DNA from: Hormiphora californensis
Taxonomy: Eukaryota; Animalia; Ctenophora
NCBI GenBank assembly: GCA_020137815.1
Contig: CM035361.1
Location: forward strand, 2,666,001 to 2,730,000
Length of the DNA stretch: 64,000 nucleotides
Direction: 5' to 3'
Shown here one piece after another: positions 1 through 12,985 of this stretch (position 1 is the first letter of the stretch; each line of letters opens with the position of its first letter). The notes under the pieces are model-generated. The model searched no databases and was not told where the DNA came from. It worked only from the letters and a program-made list of their open reading frames with translations. Both the position numbers and the translations under genes were made by a program.

Positions 1-682
1 TTTTTCGTTGTAAATTTGTTACAAACTACCGCACTTGTTTCACTCTTAGCCACGGAAAAATGGTGCTCAAAGTTGTTGTTTGGATTGTTTGAAATGAAGT
101 TGAAAGTGAAAGTAAATCTTCTGATATCTGATAGTGAAACTGAAACTTGTCATAGTGAAAGTGAAACTTATGTGTGTTTTCAGTTTTAGGAAGACATCAT
201 AACCCTGGAGATATAACAGTTCAAAAAAGACCAGAAAAAGATAGAGAGAGCGAGTTTAGGAAAAGTAAACTAATTAGGTTTATATCTAGGTTTTTTAGGT
301 GGGTCAAATAAATGTGTGTGTGTAACATTGATCTAAGTGTAACATCCTGTTAATTAGAACTGTTATTTCCCGTCACTGTGTGTGTGTGTCACCCCATATT
401 AAATTCCCACTCTTCCTGTCACACTCACCTGTAAAACATATTCTGACAATCATATGTATGCAGACATGTCACTTTTAGCCCCCCCCCTTTTTGTTGAATG
501 GACGTGACCTTTATTTTATATAGTACTAGCGAGTTTGAACCATTGTCGTTAATTAATGTCTCGCTATGACGTCACCCAAATTTAACCATTTCCTCGGTAC
601 TTATATTTCTAGTTTTCTGTTTTCAAGAAACTCTTTTTACTAACGCACGTACTGTTTTTCTCTTTCAGGATTACGTGCTAGC

Positions 683-3325
683 ATGGAGGGCGGTCCTTCC
701 TCTCCCTTGCAGCTAATTAACTTGATACACAGCAACCAACTTGTCCCAGGTATGATTTGAAATTCAGGATAGAAATTTTCCTTTAGAGTTACACTGTTAA
801 ATATATTAAACACTATAATATAACTCTCTTCTACTCACAGGCAATCCGGTTTTAAATCACGTGTTTTTAACGTGGGTTGATACCACTCTTCGACAGTGTT
901 ACTCTACCCAACGGAACCTTGAAGAGTGCAGGCGACTCATCTTACTGGTGAGTTAAAATGGGAAACATTTGCTAGACCCTCAAATGGGTTTGAACAAAAC
1001 AATGAAACAGCTTGCACTCTTGACTCGCCCCGATCTCTTTGGGTACCGCGGTGTCCCCTCTTTCCAGTACATTTTGAATCAGGAACCGACCGAAACAAGT
1101 AAACAACCAATCAGAACTCGTTATTTAGGTCACGTGACTGGTTATCAGCCAATCAGGGACCACTATTTCCTGATTCGGTCGGTTCCTGCTTTGAATTTTG
1201 TACGGGGGTTTACCAGATACTTAACACATCACCCTGACATTAAAGTTTGGAACCCTCTAACTAACAATTTTACTTTTCCTAGGTTTTTAAGACTCCTGGT
1301 TTCACTCCTCTCGAGCTTGCCAAGTTCCGTCACTGGAGGGATCTATTTGATAGTCTCTTCCCATATCTCCCCGCCTCCGATCAGGGATCTGCCGCTGAAT
1401 CCGGATATAGTTCGGGCGGTTCTGACAGGTCCGCAAAGTTATTTTAGAGCTTCTTCACTGTCTGCAAAAGGATATACTGTAGAACTTACCTTTAATGCTA
1501 TTAGAGATTAACATTCATTTAATATTCGGTGTATTATATTTCACTGCTCGACTAACCCCCTAATAGCTCTGCCCCTCTCTCCAGATCGTCCTCGTGTTCT
1601 CCGTCTCCGACACAAGACGGTATGTTCGTCTACAACCCCTCCACCGCCTTCCTCGTCCCATCCTTTCCACCCATGCCGATAGTACCGCCTCCCCCACCGC
1701 CCCCTCCTGCCCCCTCCAACCACCATCACCATCACGCGAGGCTGGTGAAAACTAGCAGTGAACCGGTCAACTACATGGGGACACGGTGTAAAGTGGCACC
1801 ACGGGAGCGGGCTATTGATGTTACCAATCATATCACAGGTAGGAGGCAGGAGCATTATAATGGGATCGCAGTATGTATTGCTCTCTGACGCAGCCATGCA
1901 CTAACGTCATTTGACAACTTAGTTTCAAAAATTTTTATTTATTTCAAGCGTATTTTTTCCCTGCCCGGGTGAATGCCGAAGGCATTCACCCGGATGCCTT
2001 TTTACTTTGTAAAAAGGCATAGCAGGGTTAGAATTCGAAAACGACATTTTGGTATACTAACTAATCGGTAGAGGGACATTTTTTGGTCACACTTTCGTTG
2101 CGAGGGCAACGGTGTTGTATGTTTATTTGTAGCAACTAGAGCCGCGCGCACAGTGACGAGCTACTCCTTCATCAAACACCTCATTGACACAGTTTGATGG
2201 ACGTGTGTGCGCGCGCTACTCAACAAAACATGAAATGCTCTGCCGCGCGTTTCGCGTGTTACATACACATTTTCATCAATTGCGAGTCGAGTGTGAGATG
2301 TTAGATAAGTAGTTAAGTTGGAATGTCAAAAGCTGGTTAGCAAGTGTCATGTGATTGGGAGTTAGCTAACTCTAAGCTATGTGAGAAGTATACTGACATG
2401 GACAGCTAGATCGTATGCATCTCACATTACATTATGACCAAGCCTTGATCCTGTTGGCAGTGACAATGTCACTGACATGTGAAACGGTAGGGCAGGGAAA
2501 CACAGCATTATGAATACATAATGCAATAATTCTTGTTTACTTTACAGGATTGTTAAGTTGGTTGAAAACCCTCCGACTCCACAAGTACTACTCCAACCTA
2601 TCTTCTCTGACATTCGATCGGATGATGAACCTGAATGATGGAGGTATGTATTTTGTGTTTGTTTGTTTGTTTGTTTGTTTGTTTGTTTGTTTTTTTTGTT
2701 TGTTTGTTTGTTTGTTTGTTTGTTTGTTTGTTTGTTTGTTTGTTTGTTTGTTTGTTTGTTTGTTTGTTTGTTTGTTTGTTTGTTTGTTTGTTTGTTTGTT
2801 TGTTTGTTTGTTGTTTGTTTGTTTGTTTGTTTGTTTGTTTGTTTGTTTGTTTGTTTGTTTGTTTGTTTGTTTGTTTGTTTGTTTGTTTGTTTGTTTGTTT
2901 GTTTGTTTGCTTGTTTGTTTGTTTGTTTGTTTGTTTGTTTGTTAACCCAACCCTATCTTTTTAGATTTGTGTGAAATAACGGATGGAGCCAGGAAAAAGA
3001 TCCTGTTGAATCTTCTAAAGCTCAACGAGAGAATACCTGTCCTTCAAAACATGACATCGGTATGTCAATAGCAATTAAATAATCCTTCCAGTTAACCTAA
3101 TTGCGCGGGAAGCCCTGATTTTGTTTGAGCTCCCAACCCATATTTTGATCTGCGAACCCATATTTTGGGCTCCATTTTTACATCCAATTCCACCTGCATC
3201 TGGCGTCCGACTGTTTGTCTACACCCCTCCTCTTTTTAACCGTGTGCGGGTCTTGTTCGTTACGACTCATTAACAATGCGGTTGCATGTCCGGTATTAGG
3301 TCATGTGCCTTACCATCCGCCTCTC

Positions 3326-3394
<69 letters not shown>

Positions 3395-5095
3395 GTTTTT
3401 CACTGTCATATTCCCATGTCATCTCTCTTTCTTCATGCTTATAACCGCACCATCAATGCAGCGGGCCGCTTTCAGCCAGTTGCATACCAGTTATACCCAA
3501 TCTTTCTAACTCGACCTTATCAAACCCCCCCCCCCCCCCCCCCAATGGAGTGTCACAAACTGCAATCGACAAACTGGGAATCCAATCAAATAATTAATTG
3601 TGTTCATCCCATCGTTATGATTAAAATAGCAATGCATCTACCGCCCCCCAAGAAACCATCCCCTAGAAATTCCCTAATACTAATAATACATCATCCCTCT
3701 CCCCTAGGAACTCTCAAAGCCAGGCCGATTCAGTGGCTGTGTATCTGAGCTCCATAACCTGTTGATGAAGACGCCTTTCCCTCTACCACCCTCATCTCCT
3801 CTGGCCAGGAATCCTATCAAGGAATATGATGCACCAGTCGATAATATCATTGTTCAGTTTACTGGAGTTCTGGAATCAGGTGGGTTACAGATATATCTGA
3901 GTCAGGAACCGACCGAATCAGGAAATACTGGTCCCTGATTGGCTGATAACCAGTCACGTGAGCTAAATAACGAGTTCTGATTGGTTGTTTACATGTTTCG
4001 GTCGGTTCCTGATCTAAGTAGGGGTAGGACTTTTGGGTGGGTGGTAAATGGAATTCGGTAAAGAATACTGATTTACCATCCCGGTACCAAATCCTTTTCC
4101 ACTTTTCTCAGACTAGTTGATCGATAACAACCACTTTTCTCTATATAAATAACAACCACCTTTCTCTTCCTATCCATAACAACCACTTTTCTCTATATAA
4201 ATAACAACCACCTTTCTCTTCCTATCCATAACAACCACTTTTCTTATCCATAACAACTACTCTCCCTATTCATAACAACCACTCTCCCTATCCATAACCA
4301 CTTTTCTCTTCCTAGCGTACAACATAATCCTGGCAAACAGTATTGAGGAGGAGGCCCAGCGACAATTCTTCAGGCTTCTTGAAGATGCTGCCCAACATGC
4401 GGTTAGTGATGTATTATTAGAACCAGGAACCGACCGAATCAGGAAATACTGGTCCCTGATTGGCTGATAATCAGTCACGTGACCTAAATAACGAGTTCTG
4501 ATTGGTTGTTTACTTGTTTCGGTCGGTTCCTGATTAGGACCAGGGATATGATCTTTAATCGGAGTGTGGGTGGGAAAGAAAATAGATAGAGAAAGAATGA
4601 TAGTGAGAGGGAGATCTAGAGGGAGGGAAAGGAGATAGAGAGAGACTTAAGATAAAGATAGCCGTGGGAGGGAAGATGAGCTTTCCCACCGTTATCCTAT
4701 CTCCTCAGCTCGGGTAGGTAGATCTACACTTATTGATAGTAAGGTGGGAGAGAGAGCTTAGAGAGAGAGAGAGAGATGTAATATATAGCTATTTCTCGAT
4801 CTGGGTGTAGACTCTCCCTTTCCCCGAATCACAATGACTATTCACACTCTCTCTCCCTCTCTCCTCTCCCTCTCCAAGCCCACTGGATCTTATTGTATTG
4901 AGTGTATTAAACCCTATATACACTGTTATACTGCCGGTATAGCTCTCTATCTCCCTAATCCCCAGGGCCCAGTCTTCAATTTCAATGTTGAACAGCTTTC
5001 GGTGGTTCAAGGAAAATATTATTATTCAAGCACCACTTTGGGGAGGGACACTATAATGTACTTCAATGTACACACACTCTCCAGTCTCTCTCTCA

Positions 5096-5126
<31 letters not shown>

Positions 5127-5159
5127 TCTCTCTCTCTCATCGCTCCTCTCTCGTCTCCT

Positions 5160-5224
<65 letters not shown>

Positions 5225-5889
5225 CCTCTCTCTCCCTCTCTCTCTCTCCCTCTCGAGTCGTGGCTAATAGAATTATCTTCTCCAGGCGTTCCCAACCAAA
5301 CAGCGACGAACGGTGTGTGAGATTCTCCAGCAGTGTATAGAAAATTACAACTATCGCCACGGACAGGTTCTTACAAAATTTCAAATTTACCAGTTCTAGA
5401 ATTGGGTAGTTGTTCCACAATACACTGGAATTTTCCTGAAGCTCCAGCTCAGGCGGCTAAAACTCAACCTTCCCCCTTCAAGGTTATGCAGTTGAAAAGG
5501 TTCGATCTGTCGAACTATCCTGACTCAGTGAAGATCAAGTACCCGTTTAAACCTCAAACGGGTGTTAATCACCAGAGCAGCAGTTTCAACGGTTACAACA
5601 AGTTTCACCGATCCAACAACGGACTTGGGGGAGGAGGAGGAGGAAATGGGAAGACTTGGCAGGTAAGAAATGGATGGTTTGGGATGGGTTTGGTTCGATT
5701 TTCTGCAACACTCTGTACAATAGTGATTGTATTTCAGTTCTCGTGTGGCCTATTATATTATCATCATGATATGCGATTGTATAATTCAATAGGTGTCATA
5801 TTTGGAGGAGGGGGTTCGTGTGCGTGTTTCGTGATGTTTCTCTTGGATGTGCATATTTTACACTGTAATAGATATATCCCCTTCAATCT

Positions 5890-5935
<46 letters not shown>

Positions 5936-7554
5936 CTCTCTCTTTCTTTCTTTTTCTCTCGCTCTCTCTCGCTCTCTCTCTCACACCCACCCTTCCTCTC
6001 AGACTAACGGAGGAAACGGCTGTAGACCCACCGTCCACTCGACCCTTCACGTGACTAGATCGGCACCCCCTGCTGTCGCTCCACCCCTCTTCAGCCCCTA
6101 TAACAGTATCTGGAGCCCACAAAGTAAGTGGAACACGGGGAAAAAAGTAAAGTTTGTGAGAGAGGGGCTCGAGCAAAAGTGATATACAGGGTGGGCCAAA
6201 ATTTCCATTCACTCACTTGAATTTCTTTCAGCGCCCGGCACATCACAAAGCAGTCACCGACAACATGTTGTATCTCACACTAACATCAATCCAAACCTCA
6301 CACCGCCAAAAGCAGCATTTCAACATCCTGAACATCAAAATGTTGATGAAGATGCTGCAGTTCGGTTTACAGTCGATTTTACAACTGCAACTTTACTTGA
6401 TCTCACTCACTCACTCACCGACGAACAAGGTATACACACACTCACACATTAGTGGAGAACAATTGGCCGAGTACCTATTGATTCACTCAGAGCCAAGAAA
6501 CATGATATTGATTGGACGTGATCCACGCCTCAAAATTTGTCATCACATGGAGAGAGAGAATGGACTTGGCAGCGCGCGCGAGACTTCTTTGGGAGGGTTT
6601 TAGGCGCGCAAGAAAGCGTGCTTTGAGCGCGCAATTGCCGCTCCTTGGCAACCCTGGACTGAGGCTTGGTAATGAAATTCCCCCTCTGCGCTAGCTCACG
6701 GAGGGGTAATAATATCGCTTGTACGGCGGGAAAAAAATTCCTGTGTCCAAACTACAAAACAGAAAGTTCTAATTTTTTGAACATACCGAGGAAATTGTCT
6801 GAGCTACCATTACATACCGGAATTTTTCGATATTTTGGCCATTAACACTGTTTTTGTTTTTGGAAAACTATGAAGATGCTGGAATTTGGCTACAAAAACC
6901 TTCAGAAATGTGCAAAATGCCATTCCAAAGGTATTAGAGGTGGATTCATTGATAACTAAGCTATAGTCGAGTCAGAAAAAATTCCACAAGATTGGAATTT
7001 TATGCCCATATAAGGAGTTATGCGACACACCTCTGTTGTTAAACATGTGGTGTAATCGCTACCGGTCGTTACTTTCTGTAGAATTCAGGTCCTGGTTACT
7101 ATAGAAACTAGTACCATACGTTTTAGATAGGTTTTAGACAAGTTTTCGATAACTTTTTATGAGAAGGTCCCGTAAATTTTCATTTTTAGGTAGGCGGTAT
7201 TGTCATCCCTATATGCAATAATAGGGGTGACTTCGTAACCAAGACTGAGGCCAAGGATCGTGTGAGAGACCTGCAGCTGCAGCAGCAGTCCACTGGGCTA
7301 AAGATCCGGATGTGAATTTAGGGTTGTTTATTCTAGGACCTAGAGGGGTGTTAAACACCGGTACTTTTGGCATCCCTCCAGTTTCTACATCTTACTCCCC
7401 TGTAGGTGCTTCGTCCACGAGTTCTCCCTTCGGTTGCAACAGCTTGCCCTCGGACAGCCTTTGTTCTGGAGGACCTTCTGATCTGAACGAATACAACTGC
7501 TTGGAATCACTCTGCTCGCAGATCGCTGAATGTGCCCTTGCCGGTATGAAATAA
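683..7554 (+). CDS. smg: Smaug/SAMD4-family RNA-binding translational repressor (SAM + PHAT domains), multi-exon, possibly 5'-incomplete
   Basis: Phase-consistent GT-AG exons: 669/683-749, 841-947, 1283-1428, 1585-1838, 2548-2643, 2965-3059, 3708-3879, 4316-4401, 5286-5662 (frameshift at ~5333), 6003-6123, 7337-7554. SAM motif LLSWLKTLRLHKY...ITDGARKKILLNLLKLNER; PHAT-like ELHNLLMKTP...IIVQFTGVLE...HAAFPTKQRR; C-terminal LESLCSQIAECAL resembles the SAMD4 LESLCLSMTEHAL motif. Exon 190-264 is also in frame, so the CDS may start upstream of the window. Confidence 0.92.
1080..1188. mobile_element. 109-bp hAT-type MITE (copy 1, Smaug intron)
   Basis: 15-bp TIR CAGGAACCGACCGAA/TTCGGTCGGTTCCTG; 8-bp TSD ttttgaat/ctttgaat. 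Confidence 0.9.
1953..2537 (+). mobile_element. Helentron-type non-autonomous element (HINE/DINE-1-like)
   Basis: 5' subterminal TTTCCCTGCCC overlapping hairpin CCGGGTGAATGCC-GAA-GGCATTCACCCGG; 3' inverted copy GGGCAGGGAAA (2490-2500) followed by hairpin GCATTATG/CATAATGC; no TSD; related copy at 46558-46958. Confidence 0.7.
2657..2943. repeat. (TTTG)n microsatellite filling an intron within the SAM domain
   Basis: Direct reading; source of the VCLF ORFs. Confidence 0.98.
3903..4011. mobile_element. 109-bp hAT-type MITE (copy 2)
   Basis: Same TIRs; TSD atctgagt/atctaagt. Confidence 0.9.
4424..4532. mobile_element. 109-bp hAT-type MITE (copy 3)
   Basis: Same TIRs; TSD attagaac/attaggac. Confidence 0.9.
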
Positions 7555-7722
7555 GGGGATAGGCTGCAACAAGGGGGGGGGTATTATAAATGACCAATAT
7601 GTATATGAGAAATGCTGTAATTGGGATAAAACTAAACTCGACATTAACACAATTTCACCCCAGAGAAATAAATGAAATGAAGGACGATGGAAGGACGATA
7701 GAACCTGGACAAGATAGGACCA

Positions 7723-9063
7723 CACGGCGTGCCTGGTGAAATTTTAACACGACCTAGCATGCAACGGGAAACCACCACTTGTACGTGGTAGCTGAGGGTC
7801 TACAGAATGGCGCTACGGTGCGGGAAAAAAAAGTCCATGCCCTAAATTCGTTTTTTTTACTTTTATTTGATTTGGGTCAAAATTGGCTATATTAAACGTG
7901 GTCCCGAAAAATCCATAATGACTTAGCACACGAAATATGTCACCCCTACCTATTTTTGCATGTAGAATCGATTGCCGTTGAAGTCGAATCTCTAAAATGA
8001 CTGTAAAATGGTCAAAAGTTGATTTTTTACCATTTTTTGGAGGTTTTTGGCCCCTAAACCATTGAAAACGTTGAGATAGGAATTTGAAACTAGTGCCAAT
8101 CGTTAAAATGGTCATTTTTCTACCAAGAACCAAGTTTTCGTGTATATCCGATTTATGGTTAGATTTGGGCAAATTGTTGAAATCTGCCAACTAGGAGAAC
8201 CGTAACTTGATTTTCTTGTTTTTTGGATTTTGGCATTTTTGACAAACTTCTGATTGAAATGGTCAATCGGGACCATGCTTAAGTTGTTTATGGGACAATT
8301 TTCGACTAAAATCCAAGATTTCATACCAATCCAATAACAGATCGTTGATTTATAGAAAATTTAAGTAGGCAAAACGGTCAAAATAAGCAAGAAAAGTTGT
8401 CATTTTGACCGTTTTGCCTACTTAATTTTTCTATAAATCAACGATCTGTTATTGGATTGGTATGAAATCTTGGATTTTAGTCGAAAATTGTCCCATAAAC
8501 AACTTAAGCATGGTCCCGATTGACCATTTCAATCAGAAGTTTGTCAAAAATGCCAAAATCCAAAAAACAAGAAAATCAAGTTACGGTTCTCCTAGTTGGC
8601 AGATTTCAACAATTTGCCCAAATCTAACCATAAATCGGATATACACGAAAACTTGGTTCTTGGTAGAAAAATGACCATTTTAACGATTGGCACTAGTTTC
8701 AAATTCCTATCTCAACGTTTTCAATGGTTTAGGGGCCAAAGACCTCCAAAAAATGGTAAAAAATCAACTTTTGACCATTTTACAGTCATTTTAGAGATTC
8801 GACTTCAACGGCAATCGATTCTACGTGCAAAAATAGGTAGGGGTGACATATTTCGTGTGCTAAGTCATTATGGATTTTTCGGGACCACGTTTAATATAGC
8901 CAATTTTGACCCAAATCAAATAAAAGTAAAAAAAACGAATTTAGGGCATGGACTTTTTTTTCCCGCACCGTAGCGCCATTCTGTAGACCCTCAGCTACCA
9001 CGTACAAGTGGTGGTTTCCCGTTGCATGCTAGGTCGTGTTAAAATTTCACCAGGCACGCCGTG
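7723..9063. mobile_element. 1341-bp foldback non-autonomous DNA transposon, Chapaev (CMC)-like
   Basis: Two ~660-bp near-identical inverted arms centred at 8393 with a ~18-nt spacer; termini CACGGCGTG...CACGCCGTG; 4-bp TSD ACCA (7719-7722, 9064-9067). CAC...GTG termini with a 4-bp TSD match Chapaev. Confidence 0.85.
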
Positions 9064-11023
9064 ACCATCCCCATGCACCACCGGAACGAAAACAAAGATA
9101 GAGAAATGAGAGATATTGTGAGAGAGAGAGGGTCATCGTGTGGCTGGATTCATACGCCTCAAGTTTTATATTAATTTCTACCAATAATTTTAAATAACGT
9201 GCCTTGTCGCGTTCCCGAGCTCCCCCGTTCCTGCCATGTTTAAACCTTTCTTCCCCAATATATATCTCCCTCCCTCTAATGATTAGGAATAGGAAGCTAT
9301 AGACAATGAATTGAACCCCGTGTGAGAGGGAGAGAATGGGAAAGGAAGGTTTCTATCAGGGCAAATCACTGTAAATATATCTATCTCGCCAATCTTGTTC
9401 TTGTGTACAAGGACACTTTAAAGCAGGAGTAAATAGAGCTAATTAACTAATTAATTAATTAATTAATTAGTAATATTCCCCTATTTACTCCTTCATTAAC
9501 ATTGTATTTGTTTCTTTTTATCCACCGACAGTTTGTGCCGAGACTGAATTGTAAATAGCTTATATCACTTTGCATATGTGTATCTGTGTGTGTGCGTGTG
9601 TTATTTGTACTGTGATGATAATATCATTGATATATCATTGATATATTCGTGTGAGACCAGGTTAAATGGAAAACGCAATCAAAGAGGTCATATATACATT
9701 TGGGAGTCAGGACATTTTGAAAGTTTTATTTTTCTACCCAGATCTATTATTAATATTCCAATCACCACGTGTTCATATAATTCAAATGATAAAATAAACT
9801 CTAAAATGGTAGTTTGTGTGTGAGTGTGGTAGTAGCTTAGCAAGGTTTTCTAACACCCTATATATTATTAGTAGCAGCTAGGTGTGTGTGTGAAAAAACG
9901 GAAGAATCTGGATTATCCGAGGTTTTTTGGTATAATATGCGATAAATAAAATATATATACGATAATTGTTAGCATTTGCAATGCGCTCTCATTTGAGGAT
10001 TTTACCACTATAATTCTACCACTTTTACCGATTTGTTTATGGGTCCGATAATATGTCACCTTCTACTATCGTCTATCATGATAGTTGTTAAATGTTCTAA
10101 CCCTTCCTTTACATTTGCGAAAAGAGGGCTAGGCAACTGTTATAGAGTATAGATCGGACCGGTGGTACAGTTTAAGACTCTGCAAATTGGTATATTGCTG
10201 GTAATTATTGTTGCTAACCGAGGACAGGCCTCCCCTAACAAGTTTTTAATTTACAACCAACTTGTCAAGATAGTGAGAGTGAGAGATTGTGGAGATTCGC
10301 ATCTCTACTTTTTCTCATTTTCACTATCTTGTTGAGATAGTGATATATATACGAGTTCTGAAAATTTGGAATTGCTCTCTCGATATGTGTTGAGATTAAG
10401 ATTTTACGGTTTTTTTTGTAGCATTGTAGCAGATAATATCAAAAATCTGAGATTTGTTACAAATTTACCAATATGTTGCCAGGTCAGCGGCCTGTAGATT
10501 CCACCCCCCCCCCCGTGTGTGTGTGATTGAATTGTTCAGATCACATATCCTGAAGAGTTCGCGAAGAAGAAGAATGTATTTTCTCGCCCCTCCCGTGTGT
10601 GTTTTATTTTTATTTGCAAGGCGATTTTAGGTAATTCATGGGAAGCTCGTAGTGCGATGCTCCCAGCAATTCGTATTTGTATTAGTAAAGTCGATAACTA
10701 CATCGGCCCGTTCCAATTGTCCCAGTTTTTGTTACATTTGCTTTGGAGAATTCCTCAAACAGGGTGTTACTTTTCCACAAACTGTGAACAATTGCGGAGG
10801 GTTCAATGTAGTTATCGACTCTACTATATATATGATCGTTCCGACTTTATTTTTTCTTAAAATCTAACCCAATATATATTATGATCATTCTTACACAATA
10901 TGTGGTTCCCATAATAATACTATAGTATAGTTTAGTTGTTTACTAAACTTATTATAGCTGTTTTGCGTACTAGTATTGTTGGATTCGTATCAGAAGTTGT
11001 ATATTTTTATATCCGACACATAT

Positions 11024-11132
11024 TATGAACCGACCGAATCAGGCAATACCGGTCCCTGATTGGCTGATAACCAGTCACGTGATCTAAATAACGAGTTCTG
11101 ATTGGTTGTTTACTTGTTTCGGTCGGTTCCTG
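11024..11132. mobile_element. 109-bp hAT-type MITE (copy 4, left end mutated)
   Basis: Same body; TSD acacatat. Confidence 0.85.
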
Positions 11133-11513
11133 ACACATATTGTAATTGTCCTACTGCAACATATGATCCGAGCCAATATATATCCACATTCAAAGCACCT
11201 TTATAATTCCAAAAAACATGAAGGGTATTCGTTAATTAGGGCAGAGAGAGTGAATTGATTTGATAATAATAGGTTGAATTATAATATTATATGAGCTAAT
11301 ATAAATCTAGTTGGGATACAGATTTAATCTCAATAATAACACAATATCATTTCCCTGCAAAAAAACAGCTTGTTTTATTTGTTCTGTACTGCAGATTTGG
11401 TCGATCCGATCTGGGAATTATAACGGGGTATGGCGACGATAGTCCTGTTTTGGTAAAGCTGTTTTAGTTGAGCCAGTCCAAGTGGGCTGGGGGCACCGTC
11501 CGTGGTGGATGAA

Positions 11514-11609
11514 GGTGGGTTGCAGCTGGTAGCTGCTGTGTTCCTCACGTTTTCCGGAGTTGTATCAGACAAACGTGAGGAACACAGCAGCTACCAGCTG
11601 TAACCCACC
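11514..11609. repeat. 39-bp-stem inverted repeat (hairpin)
   Basis: 11514-11552 pairs with 11571-11609, one G:U, 18-nt loop. Confidence 0.9.
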
Positions 11610-12183
11610 CAAAGCTGTCTTACCACGCGAAGGAAAGATATCATCTGGGAATCAGAACTTTTTTCCATCCTGCATGTTGTATCATCATGAGGCTTCAATT
11701 CCGACCCTGCTTTTTACTGTCTCAGGCAGTGTCTGGCGGACCTGATCGGAGCAAAGTGCACACTGCACACCGTCTGTCAGGCCAATGCTCTGACCACAGT
11801 TCTCGTGCGCTCCGAAACGAGAATGGGTCAGGCCAATGCTCTGACAGCACACCGTCGAATATAAAAACGAGGTCTGCGATATGCTATTCATGTTGGTGGC
11901 ATGATAGACATCTGGCGCGACCGAGATATACACGGCCGCTTGTAGTGGGAATACGGTAATGGAAAACGGAGAAACTGTATGAAGACGCGCAACCGTGGCC
12001 AATCGGCGCGTTAGTACGTGCTGACAAAAAGTACTTTTAACAGATTGTTGACAAAAGCCCTTGCGCGTTACGCAAATTCCGCGCAGATTACTGTATTTTG
12101 CGTTACCGTATTTTGACTGCAAGCAGCACTGTGAGCTGTGTGCGGAGGTCAAGCCATGTGTCTATGCCACCAACTATCCATGC

Positions 12184-12446
<263 letters not shown>

Positions 12447-12985
12447 ACAGATAACAGGATAGCAGTTAGCAGTGTGTGTGTCTGAGATCGGAAAAGTTTC
12501 CTAATTGAGCATGACCCCATTTACAACTTTTCATCTGGAAATGATAGATGTTTACGTGAGGGCACTTTTCCGACTAATTTTTTGATACGCTGAATCGCGT
12601 AAGCAACCTTTACAATCCCTCAGAGGTCGGGAAAGGCACTTTATCGACCTCTGAGGGGTTGGAAAAGTTGCTTACTACGCTGTGAACGATTAAAAGTATA
12701 AAGACATTAAAAGAGAACATCTGTAATTTGTCATTTTGAACTATATAGCTTATTTCACATAGCTCGATCTCAATGTCTCTGTCTTCTACCGCCTTTTGTT
12801 AAATAGTCCTCACAATATATTTCTCAAATCTTTCAAATCTTTCTTTGCTTCAATTTAAAGCTGGCACCTGTATTGTATTGCACCCATTTCAACATTTTAT
12901 TTCGATTGTTTCTTCAAAATTAATTACAGATTTCTCTCCCTCTCGTTCTTGAAGAGTCTTCAATGAAGACATTTGCAAATTACTA

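Noticed and set aside
969-1511. 180-aa ORF containing QEPTETSKQPIRTRYLGHVTG
   Set aside because: Reads through an intronic MITE and out of frame across a Smaug exon.
2550-2974. VCLF-, CLSV-, SL- and ER-repeat ORFs here and throughout the window
   Set aside because: Translations of (TTTG)n, (CTGT)n and (AG)n microsatellites; only 2548-2643 and from 2965 are real exon here.
7813-8973. Mirror-image 125-aa and 70-aa ORF pairs
   Set aside because: By-products of the foldback arms; no recognisable transposase motifs.
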